A stretch of DNA of 64,000 bases from Alphaproteobacteria bacterium (GCA_965220825.1 OZ244839.1:3077280-3141279); one strand, 5' to 3'; counted from the stretch's first letter, positions 32,474 through 43,285 are shown. Made by a program: numbers and translations. The notes: generated from the sequence alone by a model not told the origin.

Positions 32474-33907
32474 TCAGGCGAGCGCGCCCGCGCCCAGCGC
32501 CGCCATGACCATAAGGGTGAGGACGAGGCAGAGCGGCATCACGAAGCGGATCCACCGTTCGTAAGGCACGCGCCCGATGGCGAGACCGCCCATGACCACG
32601 GCGAAGGTCGGGTTGAAGAAGTTCACCAGGCCGTTTGCCGACTGATAGGCGGTGACAACGAGGTCGCGCCCGCTTCCCGCGAAATCCGCAAGCGGCGCCA
32701 TGATCGGCATGGTGAGCACGGCGAGGCCCGAGGACGACGGCACGAAGAACGAAAGCGCCACTTCGATCCAATAGAGGACGATCACGAGCGCCGCCGGCGC
32801 CATGCCGTCCACGGCCTGGGCGGAGTGGTGGAGGATCGTATCGGTGATGCGGCCGGCGTCCATCACCACGACGATCCCCCGGGCCACGCCGATAATGAGC
32901 GCGACGCCCAGCAGACTGCGCGCGCCGTCGACGAACGTCGTGGTGAATCCTTCCTCGCCGAGGCGGCCGATGACGCCGACGAGCATCGCCGAGGCAAGAA
33001 ACAGGGCGGACATTTCGGCCATCCACCAGCCGCCCGACGAGACGCCCCATATCATGGCGCCGAACGTCGCGGCGAAAACGACCAGAACGATCTTGTGGGT
33101 GGTGGTGAACGCGCGGGCCTCGGGCGCGCCGCCGGTCCGCAGGAAATGGGCCTCGTTCGCCTCCTTCCGGTCCGCCACGATGGATTTCGAAGGGTCTTTC
33201 CGCACGCGTTCGGCATAGCGCATCACATAGCCGACACAGACGGCCCAGCCCGCGATCAGGATGGCGAAACGGAGCATGATCCCCTGGGTGAAGGGAATGC
33301 CGGCCGCGTCCGAGGCGATGACCGTCGCGAATGGGTTGATGGTGGAGCCCAGGACGCCCATGGCGGCGCCCAGCATGACGATGGCGACGCCGGTCAGCGC
33401 GTCGTACCCGGCAGCGATCATGACCGGTATGACGATGCCGTAGAACGCGAGGGTTTCCTCCGCCATGCCGTAGGTCGTGCCACCGGCCGCGAAGAGCGCC
33501 ATCAGCACCGGGATCATCCATTTCTCCCGGCCCCGGAGCCTCGCCATGACCCGGGCGATTCCGGCGTCGATGGCGCCTGTCTTGGAGACCACCCCGATGA
33601 AGCCGCCGATCACGAGGACGAAGATCGCGATGTCGATCGCGTTGGCCTGATAGCTTTCGGGGTCGTAGAGCCCGGCTATGGGCGCAAGAATGATCTCCTT
33701 GAGGCCTTGCGGATTGGCCTCGATCTCCTGGTAGGTGCCGGGGACGGGGACATCCCTCTCCAGCGCCTCGTTGAAGGTCCTGTCATATTCGCCAGCCGGC
33801 ACGAGCCAGGTGAGCGCGGCGACGACGACGATCAGGATGAACAGGATGGTGAAGGCCGTGGGAAACCGGATGCGGGTCTTCGCATCGCCGGCGCGCGCGC
33901 TCGTCAT
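32474..33907 (-). CDS. YfcC-family (DcuC-like) membrane transporter, candidate arginine/ornithine antiporter (ArcD-type)
   Basis: About 477 aa from [28 protein letters not shown]; many TM helices. YfcC-family proteins serve as ArcD in several ADI clusters. Adjacent to arcA. Confidence 0.75.
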   Translation of the reverse strand: MTSARAGDAKTRIRFPTAFTILFILIVVVAALTWLVPAGEYDRTFNEALERDVPVPGTYQEIEANPQGLKEIILAPIAGLYDPESYQANAIDIAIFVLVIGGFIGVVSKTGAIDAGIARVMARLRGREKWMIPVLMALFAAGGTTYGMAEETLAFYGIVIPVMIAAGYDALTGVAIVMLGAAMGVLGSTINPFATVIASDAAGIPFTQGIMLRFAILIAGWAVCVGYVMRYAERVRKDPSKSIVADRKEANEAHFLRTGGAPEARAFTTTHKIVLVVFAATFGAMIWGVSSGGWWMAEMSALFLASAMLVGVIGRLGEEGFTTTFVDGARSLLGVALIIGVARGIVVVMDAGRITDTILHHSAQAVDGMAPAALVIVLYWIEVALSFFVPSSSGLAVLTMPIMAPLADFAGSGRDLVVTAYQSANGLVNFFNPTFAVVMGGLAIGRVPYERWIRFVMPLCLVLTLMVMAALGAGALA

Positions 33908-33990
33908 GGCGGCAAGCCCCCCGATAGCGACGCGCGCCTCAGATATGGGAAGGCACGGGAGCCGGAACAAGGGCGTCACGGCATTGCAGA

Positions 33991-34025
33991 CTGTCCCAGT
34001 TCAGACAGGTGCGAGACGCGGCTCT
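33991..34025. repeat. 35-bp copy of IS-left-end-like sequence (ctgtcccagttcagacaggtgcgagacgcggctct)
   Basis: Near-identical to 34156-34194 (ctgctgtgcaagttcagacaggtatgagacgcgtctct), which contains the proposed left terminus of the IS481-family element. Confidence 0.6.
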
Positions 34026-34076
34026 CCAGGCCCGCATGTTTTTGTTTTCGAGGAGAAGAAAAATGCGGGCCTGGAG
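34024..34076. repeat. 53-bp imperfect palindrome (14-bp perfect arms ctccaggcccgcat / atgcgggcctggag around a T-run/A-run spacer)
   Basis: Read directly from sequence. Lies between the two IS-end-like repeat copies, about 120-170 nt upstream of the arcD-like gene start. Confidence 0.7.
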
Positions 34077-34159
34077 ACCCGCGCACCGAAAAAAGCGCCG
34101 CACCCCTGAAAGCGACGGAAGCCCCCGTCGTCTATTTCGTCCCGAACCAGGCCATCTGC

Positions 34160-35281
34160 TGTGCAAGTTCAGACAGGTATGAGACGCGTCTCTTGAAACG
34201 GGGTTGGGGGTCTCCGAAGCTGTTGGTGTAGACACATCAACCTCGAGGAGACCCCCATGCAGGTTCTTGGCCTGCCTCGTCAGATTACACGAGGCGCGCG
34301 GCTCGCGTCGCGTCTTTGCGATGCGCAGCGTAGCGAAGCAGAGCAAAGACGCGACGCGGTGCGTCGTTGGCGCGCTGCCATGGTGGCGGGCCTGACCGCC
34401 GAGGAAGCGGCCCAAGCCATCGGCGTGTCCCGTGCCACGCTCTACCGCTGGAAGAAGCGCTCCGAGCGGTACTCCAGCCGACCGCGGAGGCTGCGAAAGC
34501 CAAACTGGTCGCGGGCTCTGGTCGCCGCCATCCGCGAGATCCGCGCCGACTACCCCATGTGGGGCAAGGCCAAGATCACCGTTCTACTGCACCGGCGCGG
34601 CTTCCAGACCTGCGAAAGCACCGTTGGGCGCATCCTGAAGACCTTGATCGACCGCGGCGAGGTCGTCCCCGTCCCGACACTGCGGCGCAAGGCGCCACGG
34701 GCCTTGCGCCGCACCCGGCCCCATGCCCGGCGCCTGCCCAAGGGCAGAAAGCCCGCACGGCCCGGAGAAATCATCCAGATCGACACCATGACCATCAATC
34801 CCGGCCACGGACGGCCCACCATCAAGCAGTTCACTGCAATCGACCCCATCGCCAAATGGACCTGCGCACAGGCCTGGCGACGCGCAACGGCCCATAACGC
34901 CGCCCAATTCCTCGACAAGCTCCAGGACGACATGCCCTTCCCCGTCAAGGCCATCCAGATCGACGGCGGCGCCGAGTTCAAGGCAAGCTTCGAAACCGAA
35001 TGCCAAAGGCGCGGCATCAATCTCTGGGAGCTGCCGCCCCGATCCCCTGAACTCAACGGTCATGTCGAACGCAGCAACGGCACATGGCGCTATGAGTTCC
35101 ATGCCTCCTGGGAGCTCCCCGACGACCTCGAAGGCCTCAACCGATGGATCGACGCCTTCGCCGACGAGTTCAATACCATCAGACCCAACCAGGCCCTTGG
35201 CGGACAAACACCGGCCGAATACCTTGACAACCTGACAGCAGAAGAAACCACAGCGTCTCAAACGTCCTGAACGAGGACACA
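34160..35281 (+). mobile_element. IS481-family insertion sequence (boundaries approximate)
   Basis: Single DDE transposase ORF. Proposed imperfect terminal inverted repeats TGTGCAAGTTCAGACAGG (left) and reverse complement of CCTGAACGAGGACACA (right: TGTGTCCTCGTTCAGG), both starting TGTG with shared GTTCAG core. About 1.1 kb, typical for the family. Confidence 0.55.
34257..35270 (+). CDS. IS481-family transposase (HTH + rve integrase core, DDE)
   Basis: [27 protein letters not shown] residues in IQIDTMTI / QIDGGAEF / [12 protein letters not shown], 337 aa. Confidence 0.85.
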   Translation: MQVLGLPRQITRGARLASRLCDAQRSEAEQRRDAVRRWRAAMVAGLTAEEAAQAIGVSRATLYRWKKRSERYSSRPRRLRKPNWSRALVAAIREIRADYPMWGKAKITVLLHRRGFQTCESTVGRILKTLIDRGEVVPVPTLRRKAPRALRRTRPHARRLPKGRKPARPGEIIQIDTMTINPGHGRPTIKQFTAIDPIAKWTCAQAWRRATAHNAAQFLDKLQDDMPFPVKAIQIDGGAEFKASFETECQRRGINLWELPPRSPELNGHVERSNGTWRYEFHASWELPDDLEGLNRWIDAFADEFNTIRPNQALGGQTPAEYLDNLTAEETTASQTS

Positions 35282-35355
35282 GCCTTGAATTCGGGGGGCG
35301 CTGCGAGTACAAAGCGTCCGCCGCACGCGCCTCCGGGACCGGCGACGGGGAAGAC

Positions 35356-35553
35356 ATGTCCAAGCTCAAGACCAAAAGCAGCGCCAAGAAGCGGTTTTCC
35401 GTGACCGGACGGGGCCGGCTTCGGCGGCGCGCGGCCTTTCATCGCCACAACCTCACCAAGCGGGCGAAAAAGGTGAAGCGCAACCAGCGCGGCGCGCGCG
35501 GGCTGGCGGCTTCGGATGCGGCGCTGATGAAGCCTTTCCTGCCTTACCTCTAG
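35356..35553 (+). CDS. rpmI: 50S ribosomal protein L35
   Basis: [39 protein letters not shown]... classic L35. Confidence 0.85.
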   Translation: MSKLKTKSSAKKRFSVTGRGRLRRRAAFHRHNLTKRAKKVKRNQRGARGLAASDAALMKPFLPYL

Positions 35554-35570
35554 AACGGCGGACCGGATCC

Positions 35571-35936
35571 ATGGCACGGGTGAAGAGGGGCGTCGCAGCC
35601 CACGCGCGCCACAAGAAGGTGCTCAAGATGGCGCGCGGCTATCGCGGCCGGGGCCATTCAAGCTACCGCGTGGCGCTCGAGCGGGTCGAGAAGGCGCTGC
35701 AATATGCCTACCGCGACCGCCGTACCCGCAAGCGCCGCTTCCGCGCGCTCTGGATTCAGCGCATCAACGCGGCGGCGCGCGCGCATGGCGTCACCTATTC
35801 GGAGCTGATGCACGGCCTGTCGCTCGCCGGCGTGGAGGTCGACCGCAAGGTTCTCGCGGATCTCGCCGTGCGCGAACCCGCCGCCTTCGAGGCGGCCGTG
35901 GAGCAGGCCCGCGCCGCCCGCGGCGCGTCCGACTGA
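35571..35936 (+). CDS. rplT: 50S ribosomal protein L20
   Basis: [47 protein letters not shown]... classic L20. Confidence 0.9.
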   Translation: MARVKRGVAAHARHKKVLKMARGYRGRGHSSYRVALERVEKALQYAYRDRRTRKRRFRALWIQRINAAARAHGVTYSELMHGLSLAGVEVDRKVLADLAVREPAAFEAAVEQARAARGASD

Positions 35937-35979
35937 CCACCTGTCGCTCCGTCGGGCCCTAGCCGTCGGAGGGAGTGCC

Positions 35980-37056
35980 GTGGACGATCTGAATTCCCTT
36001 CGAGAGGCGTTGCTGGAAGCGGTCGCCGGCGCGGCGGACGGCGCCGCCCTCGAGGAGGCCCGCATTGCGGCGCTCGGCAAGAAGGGTCGGCTTACCCAGG
36101 CCATGAAGGGGCTGGGCGCGCTCGATATCGCGCAGCGCAAGGAGGTTGGCGCCCAACTCAACCGTATCAAGGCCGATGTGGCGGAGGCGCTCGATGCACG
36201 CCGCGCCGCGCTGGAGGCGGACGCCCTCGAACAGCGGCTTGCCGCCGAGCGCGTGGATGTGACGCTGCCGCCGCGCCCGCAGCCTACGGGCGCCATACAT
36301 CCCATCAGCCGGGTGCTCGACGAGCTGATCGGCATTTTTGCCGGCATGGGCTTTCAGGTCGCCGACGGGCCGGATATCGAGGACGATTTCCACAATTTCA
36401 CGGCGCTCAACATCCCGCCTGAACACCCGGCGCGCCAGATGCACGACACCTTCTATCTTGCGCCCGACGAGGCGGGCAGGCACCCGCTGCTGCGCACCCA
36501 CACGTCGCCGGTGCAGATCCGCAGGATGTGTGCGGCGCCGCCGCCCCACCGGATCATCGCGCCCGGCCGCACCTATCGCTGCGACTACGACATGACGCAC
36601 ACCCCCATGTTCCACCAGATCGAGGGGCTGGTCGTCGACGAGCACACCCATATGGGCCATCTCAAGGGCTGTCTGATCGATTTCGCCCGCGCCTTCTTCG
36701 AGGTGGAGAAGCTGCCGGTGCGGTTCCGCCCGAGCTACTTCCCCTTCACCGAGCCCTCCGCCGAGATGGATATCGGCTGCTCGCGGGAAGGCGGCGTCCT
36801 GCGCATCGGCGAGGGCGCGGACTGGATGGAGATCCTCGGCTGCGGCATGGTGCACCCCAAGGTCCTGCGGAATGTGGGCCTGGATCCGGAGCGCTATCAG
36901 GGGTTCGCCTTCGGTCTCGGCGTCGAACGCTCCGCCATGCTGAAATACGGCATCCCGGATCTCCGCGACTTCTTCGACACCGATATGCGCTGGCTCCGCC
37001 ATTACGGCTTCGCCCCGTTCGATGCGCCGGCGCCGGCCTCCGGTCCACAGGCATGA
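35980..37056 (+). CDS. pheS: phenylalanine--tRNA ligase alpha subunit
   Basis: 358 aa, class II aaRS motifs (FRPSYFPFTEPSAEMD, GCGMVHPKVL), follows rplT. Confidence 0.9.
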   Translation: MDDLNSLREALLEAVAGAADGAALEEARIAALGKKGRLTQAMKGLGALDIAQRKEVGAQLNRIKADVAEALDARRAALEADALEQRLAAERVDVTLPPRPQPTGAIHPISRVLDELIGIFAGMGFQVADGPDIEDDFHNFTALNIPPEHPARQMHDTFYLAPDEAGRHPLLRTHTSPVQIRRMCAAPPPHRIIAPGRTYRCDYDMTHTPMFHQIEGLVVDEHTHMGHLKGCLIDFARAFFEVEKLPVRFRPSYFPFTEPSAEMDIGCSREGGVLRIGEGADWMEILGCGMVHPKVLRNVGLDPERYQGFAFGLGVERSAMLKYGIPDLRDFFDTDMRWLRHYGFAPFDAPAPASGPQA

Positions 37057-39458
37057 AGTTCACCCTCTCCTGGCTCAAGACCCATCTGGAGACCGATGCG
37101 CCGCTCGTGGAGATCGCCGAGACGCTTACCGCCATCGGCCTCGAGGTGGAATCGGTTTTGGACCGCACCGCGGCGTTCGCACCCTTTACCGTGGCCCATG
37201 TGATCGAGGCAGGGCCCCATCCCAACGCGGACAAGCTGAAGCTCTGCCTCGTGGATACGGGCGAGGAGCGGGTGGAAGTAATCTGCGGCGCCCCCAATGC
37301 GCGGACGGGCATGAAGGGGGTCTTCGCCCCGGTGGGCACCACAATCCCCGGCACGGGAGTCAAGCTAAAGCGCGCGAAAATCCGCGGTGTCGAGAGTTGC
37401 GGCATGCTGTGCTCCGAGCGCGAGATGGGCTTGAGCGACGAGCATGAGGGGATCATGGAGCTGCCCCAGGATGCGCCACTGGGCGCGCCGTTCGCTGCCG
37501 TCATGGGTCTCGACGATCCGCTGATCGAGATCGCCATCACGCCCAACCGCGCCGACTGCCTGGGTGTCCGCGGTATCGCGCGGGACCTCGCGGCGGCCGG
37601 CATCGGCCGGCTCAAGCCGCGGCAGATCGCGCCCGTCCCCGGGGTGTTTCCGAGCCCGGTGGGAATCCACCTGCGCTTTCCGGAAGAGGCGCGGGATGCC
37701 TGCCCGCTCTTTCTCGGGCGCTACATTCGGGGCGTGCGCAACGGCGAGAGCCCTCGCTGGCTGCAGGAAAGGCTGAGCGCCGTGGGCCTGCGTCCCATCT
37801 CCGCCCTGGTGGACATCACCAATTTCCTCACGCTGGACGAGAACCGCCCCGCGCATGTCTTCGACGCGGACAAGATCGCAGGCGACCTCTGGGTGGCGCT
37901 CGGGCAGGGCGGCACGCAGTTCGGCGCACTCGACGGGAAGACATACGAGATCGACGACGAGATGACGGCGATCGGCGACGACACCGGCATGCTGAGTCTT
38001 GCCGGCGTGATGGGCGGCGAGGCCTCGGGCTGTACGGCGGAGACCGTCAACGTCTTCATCGAGATCGCACTGTTCGATCCGCGCCGGACTGCGGCGACCG
38101 GGCGCAAGCTCGCCGTGGAAAGCGATGCTCGCTACCGCTTCGAGCGCGGTGTGGATCCGGCGTTCGCGGAACCGGGCATGGAGCGCGCGACGCGCCTCGT
38201 GCTCGATCTCTGCGGCGGTGAGGCCAGCGACGTTGTGGTGGCGGGCGCGGCGCCGCCGCTGCCGCGACCGATTGCGTTCCGCCCCTCGCGGGTCGAGGCG
38301 CTCGGCGGTGTCGCGGGTGCGGGCGGACGCGCTCAGGCGGTCCTGGAGGCCCTCGGTTTCGCCTGTACGCCGGAAGGCGACGACGCCATGACGGTGACCC
38401 CGCCCACCTGGCGGGGCGACGCGGAGGGAGAGGCGGATCTGGTCGAAGAGGTACTCCGAATCGAGGGTTTCGACCGTATCCCCGCGGTCTCGCTGCCGAG
38501 GCCCGAAGGCGAGGGCGCGCGGCCGCCGGAGACGCTCCTGTCCCGGACGGGCGCGGTGCGGCGGACCCTTGCGGCCCGCGGCATGCTGGAGGCGGTGACC
38601 TGGTCGTTCCTTCCGCGCCGGCAGGCGGCGCTCTTCGGCGGCGGTGCGGAGTCGCTCAGGCTCGAGAACCCCATCAGCGCGGATCTGGACTACATGCGGC
38701 CCTCGATCCTTCCCAATCTCGCCGCCGCCGCCAAGCGCAATGCGGATCGCGGCATGGCGGACGCGGCGCTCTTCGAGATCGGCCCCTGCTACGAAGGCCC
38801 GGGCGAGGATGGCCAGCGCCTTGCGGTCGCGGCCCTGCGCGCGGGCAGGACGGTCCCCCGCAACTGGTTGGGGCCCGCGCGCGCGGTGGATGCGTTCGAT
38901 GCCAAGGCGGATGCGCTGGCCGCGCTGGAGGCGGCCGGCGCGCCCGCGGACCGCCTCAGGACGGAGGTGACGGCGCCCGGCTGGTACCATCCCGGGCGCG
39001 CCGGTACGCTGGCGCTCGGGTCTACCGCGCTTGCCTTCTTCGGCGAACTGCACCCGACCGTTCTCAAGGCGCTTGACGCGGAGGGTCCCATGGCGGGTTT
39101 CGAGGTTTTGCTGGACGCCTTGCCCGCTCGCAAGGCCAAGGCGAGCCGGGCCCGGCCGGCGCTTCGGGCTTCCGATTACCCGGCGGTGGAGCGGGACTTC
39201 GCGTTCGTGCTCGATGCCGCGGTTCCCGCCGCCGAGGTGGAGCGCGCCGTACGCAATGCGGACAAGACGTTGATCGCGAATGTCGGGATCTTCGACCTGT
39301 ATGACGGCGAGGGCGTCGAGCCCGGCAAGAAGTCGCTCGCCGTGGCTGTGCGCCTCGAGCCGCAGGACCGCACGCTCACCGATCCCGAGATCGAGGCGGT
39401 GGCCGGGCGTGTCGTTGCCAATGTCGAGAAGACCGTCGGCGGCACGCTTCGGCGCTGA
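37053..39458 (+). CDS. pheT: phenylalanine--tRNA ligase beta subunit
   Basis: 801 aa, [33 protein letters not shown] start, tRNA-binding, B3/B4, B5 and FDX-ACB domains. ATGA overlap with the pheS stop. Confidence 0.9.
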   Translation: MKFTLSWLKTHLETDAPLVEIAETLTAIGLEVESVLDRTAAFAPFTVAHVIEAGPHPNADKLKLCLVDTGEERVEVICGAPNARTGMKGVFAPVGTTIPGTGVKLKRAKIRGVESCGMLCSEREMGLSDEHEGIMELPQDAPLGAPFAAVMGLDDPLIEIAITPNRADCLGVRGIARDLAAAGIGRLKPRQIAPVPGVFPSPVGIHLRFPEEARDACPLFLGRYIRGVRNGESPRWLQERLSAVGLRPISALVDITNFLTLDENRPAHVFDADKIAGDLWVALGQGGTQFGALDGKTYEIDDEMTAIGDDTGMLSLAGVMGGEASGCTAETVNVFIEIALFDPRRTAATGRKLAVESDARYRFERGVDPAFAEPGMERATRLVLDLCGGEASDVVVAGAAPPLPRPIAFRPSRVEALGGVAGAGGRAQAVLEALGFACTPEGDDAMTVTPPTWRGDAEGEADLVEEVLRIEGFDRIPAVSLPRPEGEGARPPETLLSRTGAVRRTLAARGMLEAVTWSFLPRRQAALFGGGAESLRLENPISADLDYMRPSILPNLAAAAKRNADRGMADAALFEIGPCYEGPGEDGQRLAVAALRAGRTVPRNWLGPARAVDAFDAKADALAALEAAGAPADRLRTEVTAPGWYHPGRAGTLALGSTALAFFGELHPTVLKALDAEGPMAGFEVLLDALPARKAKASRARPALRASDYPAVERDFAFVLDAAVPAAEVERAVRNADKTLIANVGIFDLYDGEGVEPGKKSLAVAVRLEPQDRTLTDPEIEAVAGRVVANVEKTVGGTLRR

Positions 39459-39490
39459 AGGGTCCTCGCGGGCCACGCCGTGGGCATGAG

Positions 39491-41293
39491 ATGACCGCGC
39501 TCGCGCATATCCGCAACTTTGCGATCGTCGCTCATATCGACCATGGCAAATCGACCCTGGCCGACCGCATGATCGAGCGCTGCGGCGGGCTCGATAAGCG
39601 GGAGATGACCAGCCAGGTGCTCGATTCCATGGCGATCGAGCGCGAGCGCGGCATCACCGTGAAGGCGCAGACGGTGCGGCTCGTCTATCCCGCCGGCGAC
39701 GGCATCCCCCACATGCTCAACCTGGTGGATACGCCCGGCCATGTGGACTTCTCCTACGAGGTCAGCCGCTCGCTCGCCGCGTGCGAGGGCTCGCTCCTGG
39801 TGGTGGACGCGACCCAGGGCGTCGAGGCACAGACCCTCGCCAACGCCTATCAGGCGGTGGAGCACGACCATGAGATCGTTCCCGTGCTCAACAAGATGGA
39901 CTTGGAATCGGCGGAACCCGAGCGGGTCAGGCGTCAGATCGAGGACGTGATCGGGATCGATGCGAGCGATGCCATCGAAGTTTCCGCCAAGACCGGCCGG
40001 GGTGTGGACGACGTACTTCGCGCGCTCATCGCCCGCCTGCCTCCGCCGGCGGGCGATGCCGACGCGCCGCTCAAGGCTCTGCTGATCGATAGCTGGTACG
40101 ACCCCTATCTCGGTGTGGTGGTTCTGGTGCGGGTGCTGGACGGGCGCGTATCCGCGCGCATGCGCATCCGGATGATGGCGTCGGGCGCCGAGCACGAGGT
40201 GGAGCGCGTCGGCGTGTTCACGCCCAAGAAGACGCCGGTGGAAAGCTTAGGTCCCGGCGAGATCGGCTTCCTCACCGCTTCGATCCGCGAGGTGGCGGAC
40301 TGCGAAGTGGGCGATACCATCACCGCCGCCCGGCGCCCGACGGCGGCGGCGCTGCCGGGTTTTCGCCCCAGCGTTCCCGTTGTCTTCTGCGGCCTCTTCC
40401 CGGTGGATTCCGGGGATTACGAACGGCTGCGGGAGGGTCTGGCCCGGCTGCGGCTGAACGATGCCAGCTTCCATTTCGAGGCCGAGACGTCGCCGGCCTT
40501 GGGCTTCGGCTTCCGTTGCGGCTTCCTCGGCCTGCTGCATCTCGAGATCGTGCAGGAGCGGCTCGAGCGGGAGTTCGGGCTCGACCTGGTGGCGACGGCG
40601 CCGAGCGTGGTCTATCGCCTCGCTCTCACGGACGGCGAGGAGCGCACCATCCACAATCCGGCCGACATGCCGGACGCAACCCGTATCGCGCGCGTGGAGG
40701 AGCCCTGGATCCAGGCCACGATCCTGGTGCCCGATGCGAATCTGGGCGGGGTGCTCGCGCTCTGTGAAGAGAAGCGCGGGATCCAGGTGAACCTCACCTA
40801 TGCGGGCAGCCGCGCCATGGTGGTCTACGAACTGCCGCTCAACGAGGTGGTGTTCGATTTCTACGACCGGCTGAAATCGGTCTCGCGGGGCTATGCGAGC
40901 TTCGACTACCGTTTCGAAGCGCATCGCGAGAGCGATCTCGTGAAACTCTCCATCCTGATCAACGGCGAGCCGGTGGAATCGCTTGCGCTGATCGTTCATC
41001 GGAGCCAGGCGGAGAAGCGCGGCCGGGCGCTCTGTCTGCGGTTGAAGGCGCTGATTCCGCGCCAGCTCTTCAAGATCGCCATCCAGGCCGCGATCGGGGG
41101 GCGCATCGTCGCGCGGGAGACCGTGAGCCCGCTGCGCAAGGACGTGCTGGCCAAGTGCTATGGCGGAGACGTCTCCCGCAAGCGGAAGCTGCTCGAGCGC
41201 CAGAAGCGGGGCAAGAAGCGCATGCGCCGCATCGGCAATGTGGAAATCCCGCAGGAAGCCTTCCTGGCCGCCCTCAAGATGGAGGAATCCTAG
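39491..41293 (+). CDS. lepA: elongation factor 4 (LepA)
   Basis: [24 protein letters not shown]-domain. 600 aa with conserved LepA C-terminal domain ([18 protein letters not shown]). Confidence 0.9.
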   Translation: MTALAHIRNFAIVAHIDHGKSTLADRMIERCGGLDKREMTSQVLDSMAIERERGITVKAQTVRLVYPAGDGIPHMLNLVDTPGHVDFSYEVSRSLAACEGSLLVVDATQGVEAQTLANAYQAVEHDHEIVPVLNKMDLESAEPERVRRQIEDVIGIDASDAIEVSAKTGRGVDDVLRALIARLPPPAGDADAPLKALLIDSWYDPYLGVVVLVRVLDGRVSARMRIRMMASGAEHEVERVGVFTPKKTPVESLGPGEIGFLTASIREVADCEVGDTITAARRPTAAALPGFRPSVPVVFCGLFPVDSGDYERLREGLARLRLNDASFHFEAETSPALGFGFRCGFLGLLHLEIVQERLEREFGLDLVATAPSVVYRLALTDGEERTIHNPADMPDATRIARVEEPWIQATILVPDANLGGVLALCEEKRGIQVNLTYAGSRAMVVYELPLNEVVFDFYDRLKSVSRGYASFDYRFEAHRESDLVKLSILINGEPVESLALIVHRSQAEKRGRALCLRLKALIPRQLFKIAIQAAIGGRIVARETVSPLRKDVLAKCYGGDVSRKRKLLERQKRGKKRMRRIGNVEIPQEAFLAALKMEES

Positions 41294-41317
41294 GCGCCGG
41301 CCCGCCGTCCGAAGGGT

Positions 41318-41623
41318 CTACCGGCGCCGTCTTCGGTGCGCGCGCCGCCTGCAGGCGAGCAGCAACAGCGCGCCCGGCGCCAGCGGGACGGCCCAGGCGG
41401 GGGCCAGAAGAACCGGAAGGACGATGTCGGACCAGAGCCAGGGTTTGGCGTTCTTCTCGATGAGCGCCTGGAAGCCCACCAGGCTGTTGCCGTCGGCCCG
41501 TGCCCAAAGCTCTCCGGCCGCGATGAACCGGTAGCCGTCGCCGACGGCGTGGTAGATCTCGTGGCCGAACGCGGCGAGTGCGGCCAAGAGCAGCACTGTT
41601 GCAATGGCTCGGCAAGCGATCAC
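41318..41623 (-). CDS. hypothetical small membrane protein (101 aa, Arg-rich C-terminus)
   Basis: ORF with two hydrophobic segments (AIATVLLLAALAAF, IVLPVLLAPAWAVPLAPGALLLLA). No recognised family. Confidence 0.4.
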   Translation of the reverse strand: MIACRAIATVLLLAALAAFGHEIYHAVGDGYRFIAAGELWARADGNSLVGFQALIEKNAKPWLWSDIVLPVLLAPAWAVPLAPGALLLLACRRRAHRRRRR

Positions 41624-41650
41624 GTTCTCCTCCCTTTTATATCGATATTA

Positions 41651-41678
41651 TTGCAGAGTCCTGCGTTCGCGCTATTGT
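41651..41678 (+). promoter_or_regulatory. candidate sigma70 promoter for tRNA-Ser (TTGCAG-N16-TATTGT)
   Basis: AT-rich patch immediately upstream of the tRNA. -10 ends 11 nt before the mature 5' end. Confidence 0.4.
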
Positions 41679-41689
41679 TCGCAGCCTGC

Positions 41690-41774
41690 GGAGGGATGGC
41701 CGAGCGGTTTAAGGCGCACGCCTGGAAAGCGTGTTCACCGAAAGGTGTCCGGGGTTCGAATCCCCGTCCCTCCG
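41690..41774 (+). tRNA. tRNA-Ser (anticodon GGA)
   Basis: GGAGGGATGGCCGAGCGGTTTAAGGCGCACGCCTGGAAAGCGTG..GGGTTCGAATCCCCGTCCCTCCG: 7-bp acceptor stem, D-loop GAGCGGTTTAAGGC, anticodon loop CUGGAAA, long variable arm, TPsiC GGTTCGAATCC. CCA not encoded. Confidence 0.8.
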
Positions 41775-41933
41775 CCGCGGTCTCCGTCGCCGTCACTCTG
41801 GGCGGCAGGATCGCGCCGCCCGCGGCCCGGTTCACGCGCCAATTCGCCACCGAGCGTTTGGACGATTCTCCAGGGTCGAAAAATTTTCTAGACTGCTTCC
41901 ACGGGCTTCGGGCGAAGGGGGGGGCAACGGGCA

Positions 41934-43193
41934 TTGAAGTGCTTGGTGCTTGGAGCCGGCGTGATCGGGACCGCCACGGCCTATTTCCTGGCCAAGGACG
42001 GCCACGAGGTCACGGTCCTGGATCGGCAGCCGGGCGCGGCGCGGGAGACGAGCTTCGGCAATGGCGGCGTGCTCCACACCAGCGAGTGCGAGCCGTGGTC
42101 GCGCCCGGGCATGGCGGGCAAGGTGCTGGGCTGGCTCGGCAGGGAAGACGCGCCCTTCGTGCTCCGCTACAGCGCGATCCCGAAGATGTGGCGCTGGGGG
42201 CTCGCCTTCGCGCGCAACTGCGAGCATGGCCGCTTCATGCGCCACACCCGCACCAACATGGCGCTCTCACTGCTCACGCTGGAGCTTATCCGGGATATCC
42301 GCGCCGAGACCGGCATCGCCTACGACCATCTCGAGACCGGTTCGATGAAGATCTACAGGAACCGCGAGGCGATGGCCCGGGTCGAGGCCGATTGCAGGGC
42401 GCTGGAGCCCTACGGCCTGGGCTTCGAGGCGGTCGACGTCGCACGCTGTGTCGCGCTCGAGCCGGCACTTGAACCGGTGGCCGAAACGCTGGCGGGCGCG
42501 CTCTACTTTCCGCCGGACGAGACTGGCGATTGCCAGAAGTTCACTGCCGCGCTCGCCGCCCACTGCGCCGGGATGGGCGTGGCCTTCGAATGGGGCGCGA
42601 AGGTGCGGACGCTGCGGCGCACGGGCAGGCGCATCGAGGCGGTCGAGACCGACAAGGGTACGCATGTCGCAGACATCGTGGTCGTCGCGCTCGGCAGTCA
42701 CACACCTCTCCTGCTGCGGCCGCTGGGCATCCGTATTCCGATCTATCCGGTGAAGGGCGTCACCGTCACGGTGCCCGCCGATGCGTGGCCCGACAGGCTC
42801 CGCATGCCGATCATCGACGATTCGCGGCTCTTTGGCCTGATCCCTCTGGGCGACCGCCTGCGCTGCTCGGGCTCGGCCGAGATCGCGGGCTATGACACGG
42901 TACCGAGCCGGGTGCGGTGCCGGACCATCGTCGACAATGTGATCGGCGTGTTCCCGAAATTCGCGGACTGCTTCGATCCCGAGACGGCGCTCTACTGGGC
43001 CGGGCTGCGTCCGATGACCCCGACGGGCGTGCCCTGCCTCGGTCGCACACGGCTGGAGAACCTCTATGTCAATGCGGGCCACGGCCATCTGGGATGGACC
43101 ATGTCCTGCGGGTCCGCAAGGGTGTTGGCCGACATCGTCGCCAAGCGTCCGCTCGAGGGCGCCCTCGCCGCATTCGACAGGGAGGCCGCCTGA
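41934..43193 (+). CDS. dadA: D-amino acid dehydrogenase small subunit-like FAD oxidoreductase
   Basis: MKCLVLGAGVIGTATAYFLAKDGHEVTVLDR dinucleotide-binding motif, about 419 aa DadA-like. Apparent TTG start. Confidence 0.75.
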   Translation: MKCLVLGAGVIGTATAYFLAKDGHEVTVLDRQPGAARETSFGNGGVLHTSECEPWSRPGMAGKVLGWLGREDAPFVLRYSAIPKMWRWGLAFARNCEHGRFMRHTRTNMALSLLTLELIRDIRAETGIAYDHLETGSMKIYRNREAMARVEADCRALEPYGLGFEAVDVARCVALEPALEPVAETLAGALYFPPDETGDCQKFTAALAAHCAGMGVAFEWGAKVRTLRRTGRRIEAVETDKGTHVADIVVVALGSHTPLLLRPLGIRIPIYPVKGVTVTVPADAWPDRLRMPIIDDSRLFGLIPLGDRLRCSGSAEIAGYDTVPSRVRCRTIVDNVIGVFPKFADCFDPETALYWAGLRPMTPTGVPCLGRTRLENLYVNAGHGHLGWTMSCGSARVLADIVAKRPLEGALAAFDREAA

Positions 43194-43285
43194 GGCGGCA
43201 GTCCCCCTCGGCCGACGGAGGCCGCGGAATGCCCGACGGCAAGCCTGTTCGCGAAAGCCTCGACGACCGTTCGGTATCGATTTTC

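Noticed and set aside
30152-33979. Expectation of arcB (catabolic ornithine carbamoyltransferase) within the arc cluster
   Set aside because: No OTC-like ORF (STRTR / HCLP motifs) found on either strand between the arcD-like gene and arcC. Absence recorded as a finding rather than a feature.
34024-34076. 53-bp palindrome as a rho-independent terminator
   Set aside because: No U-tract follows the stem on either strand. The T/A runs are inside the loop. It is more consistent with an operator or IS/MITE-associated structure.
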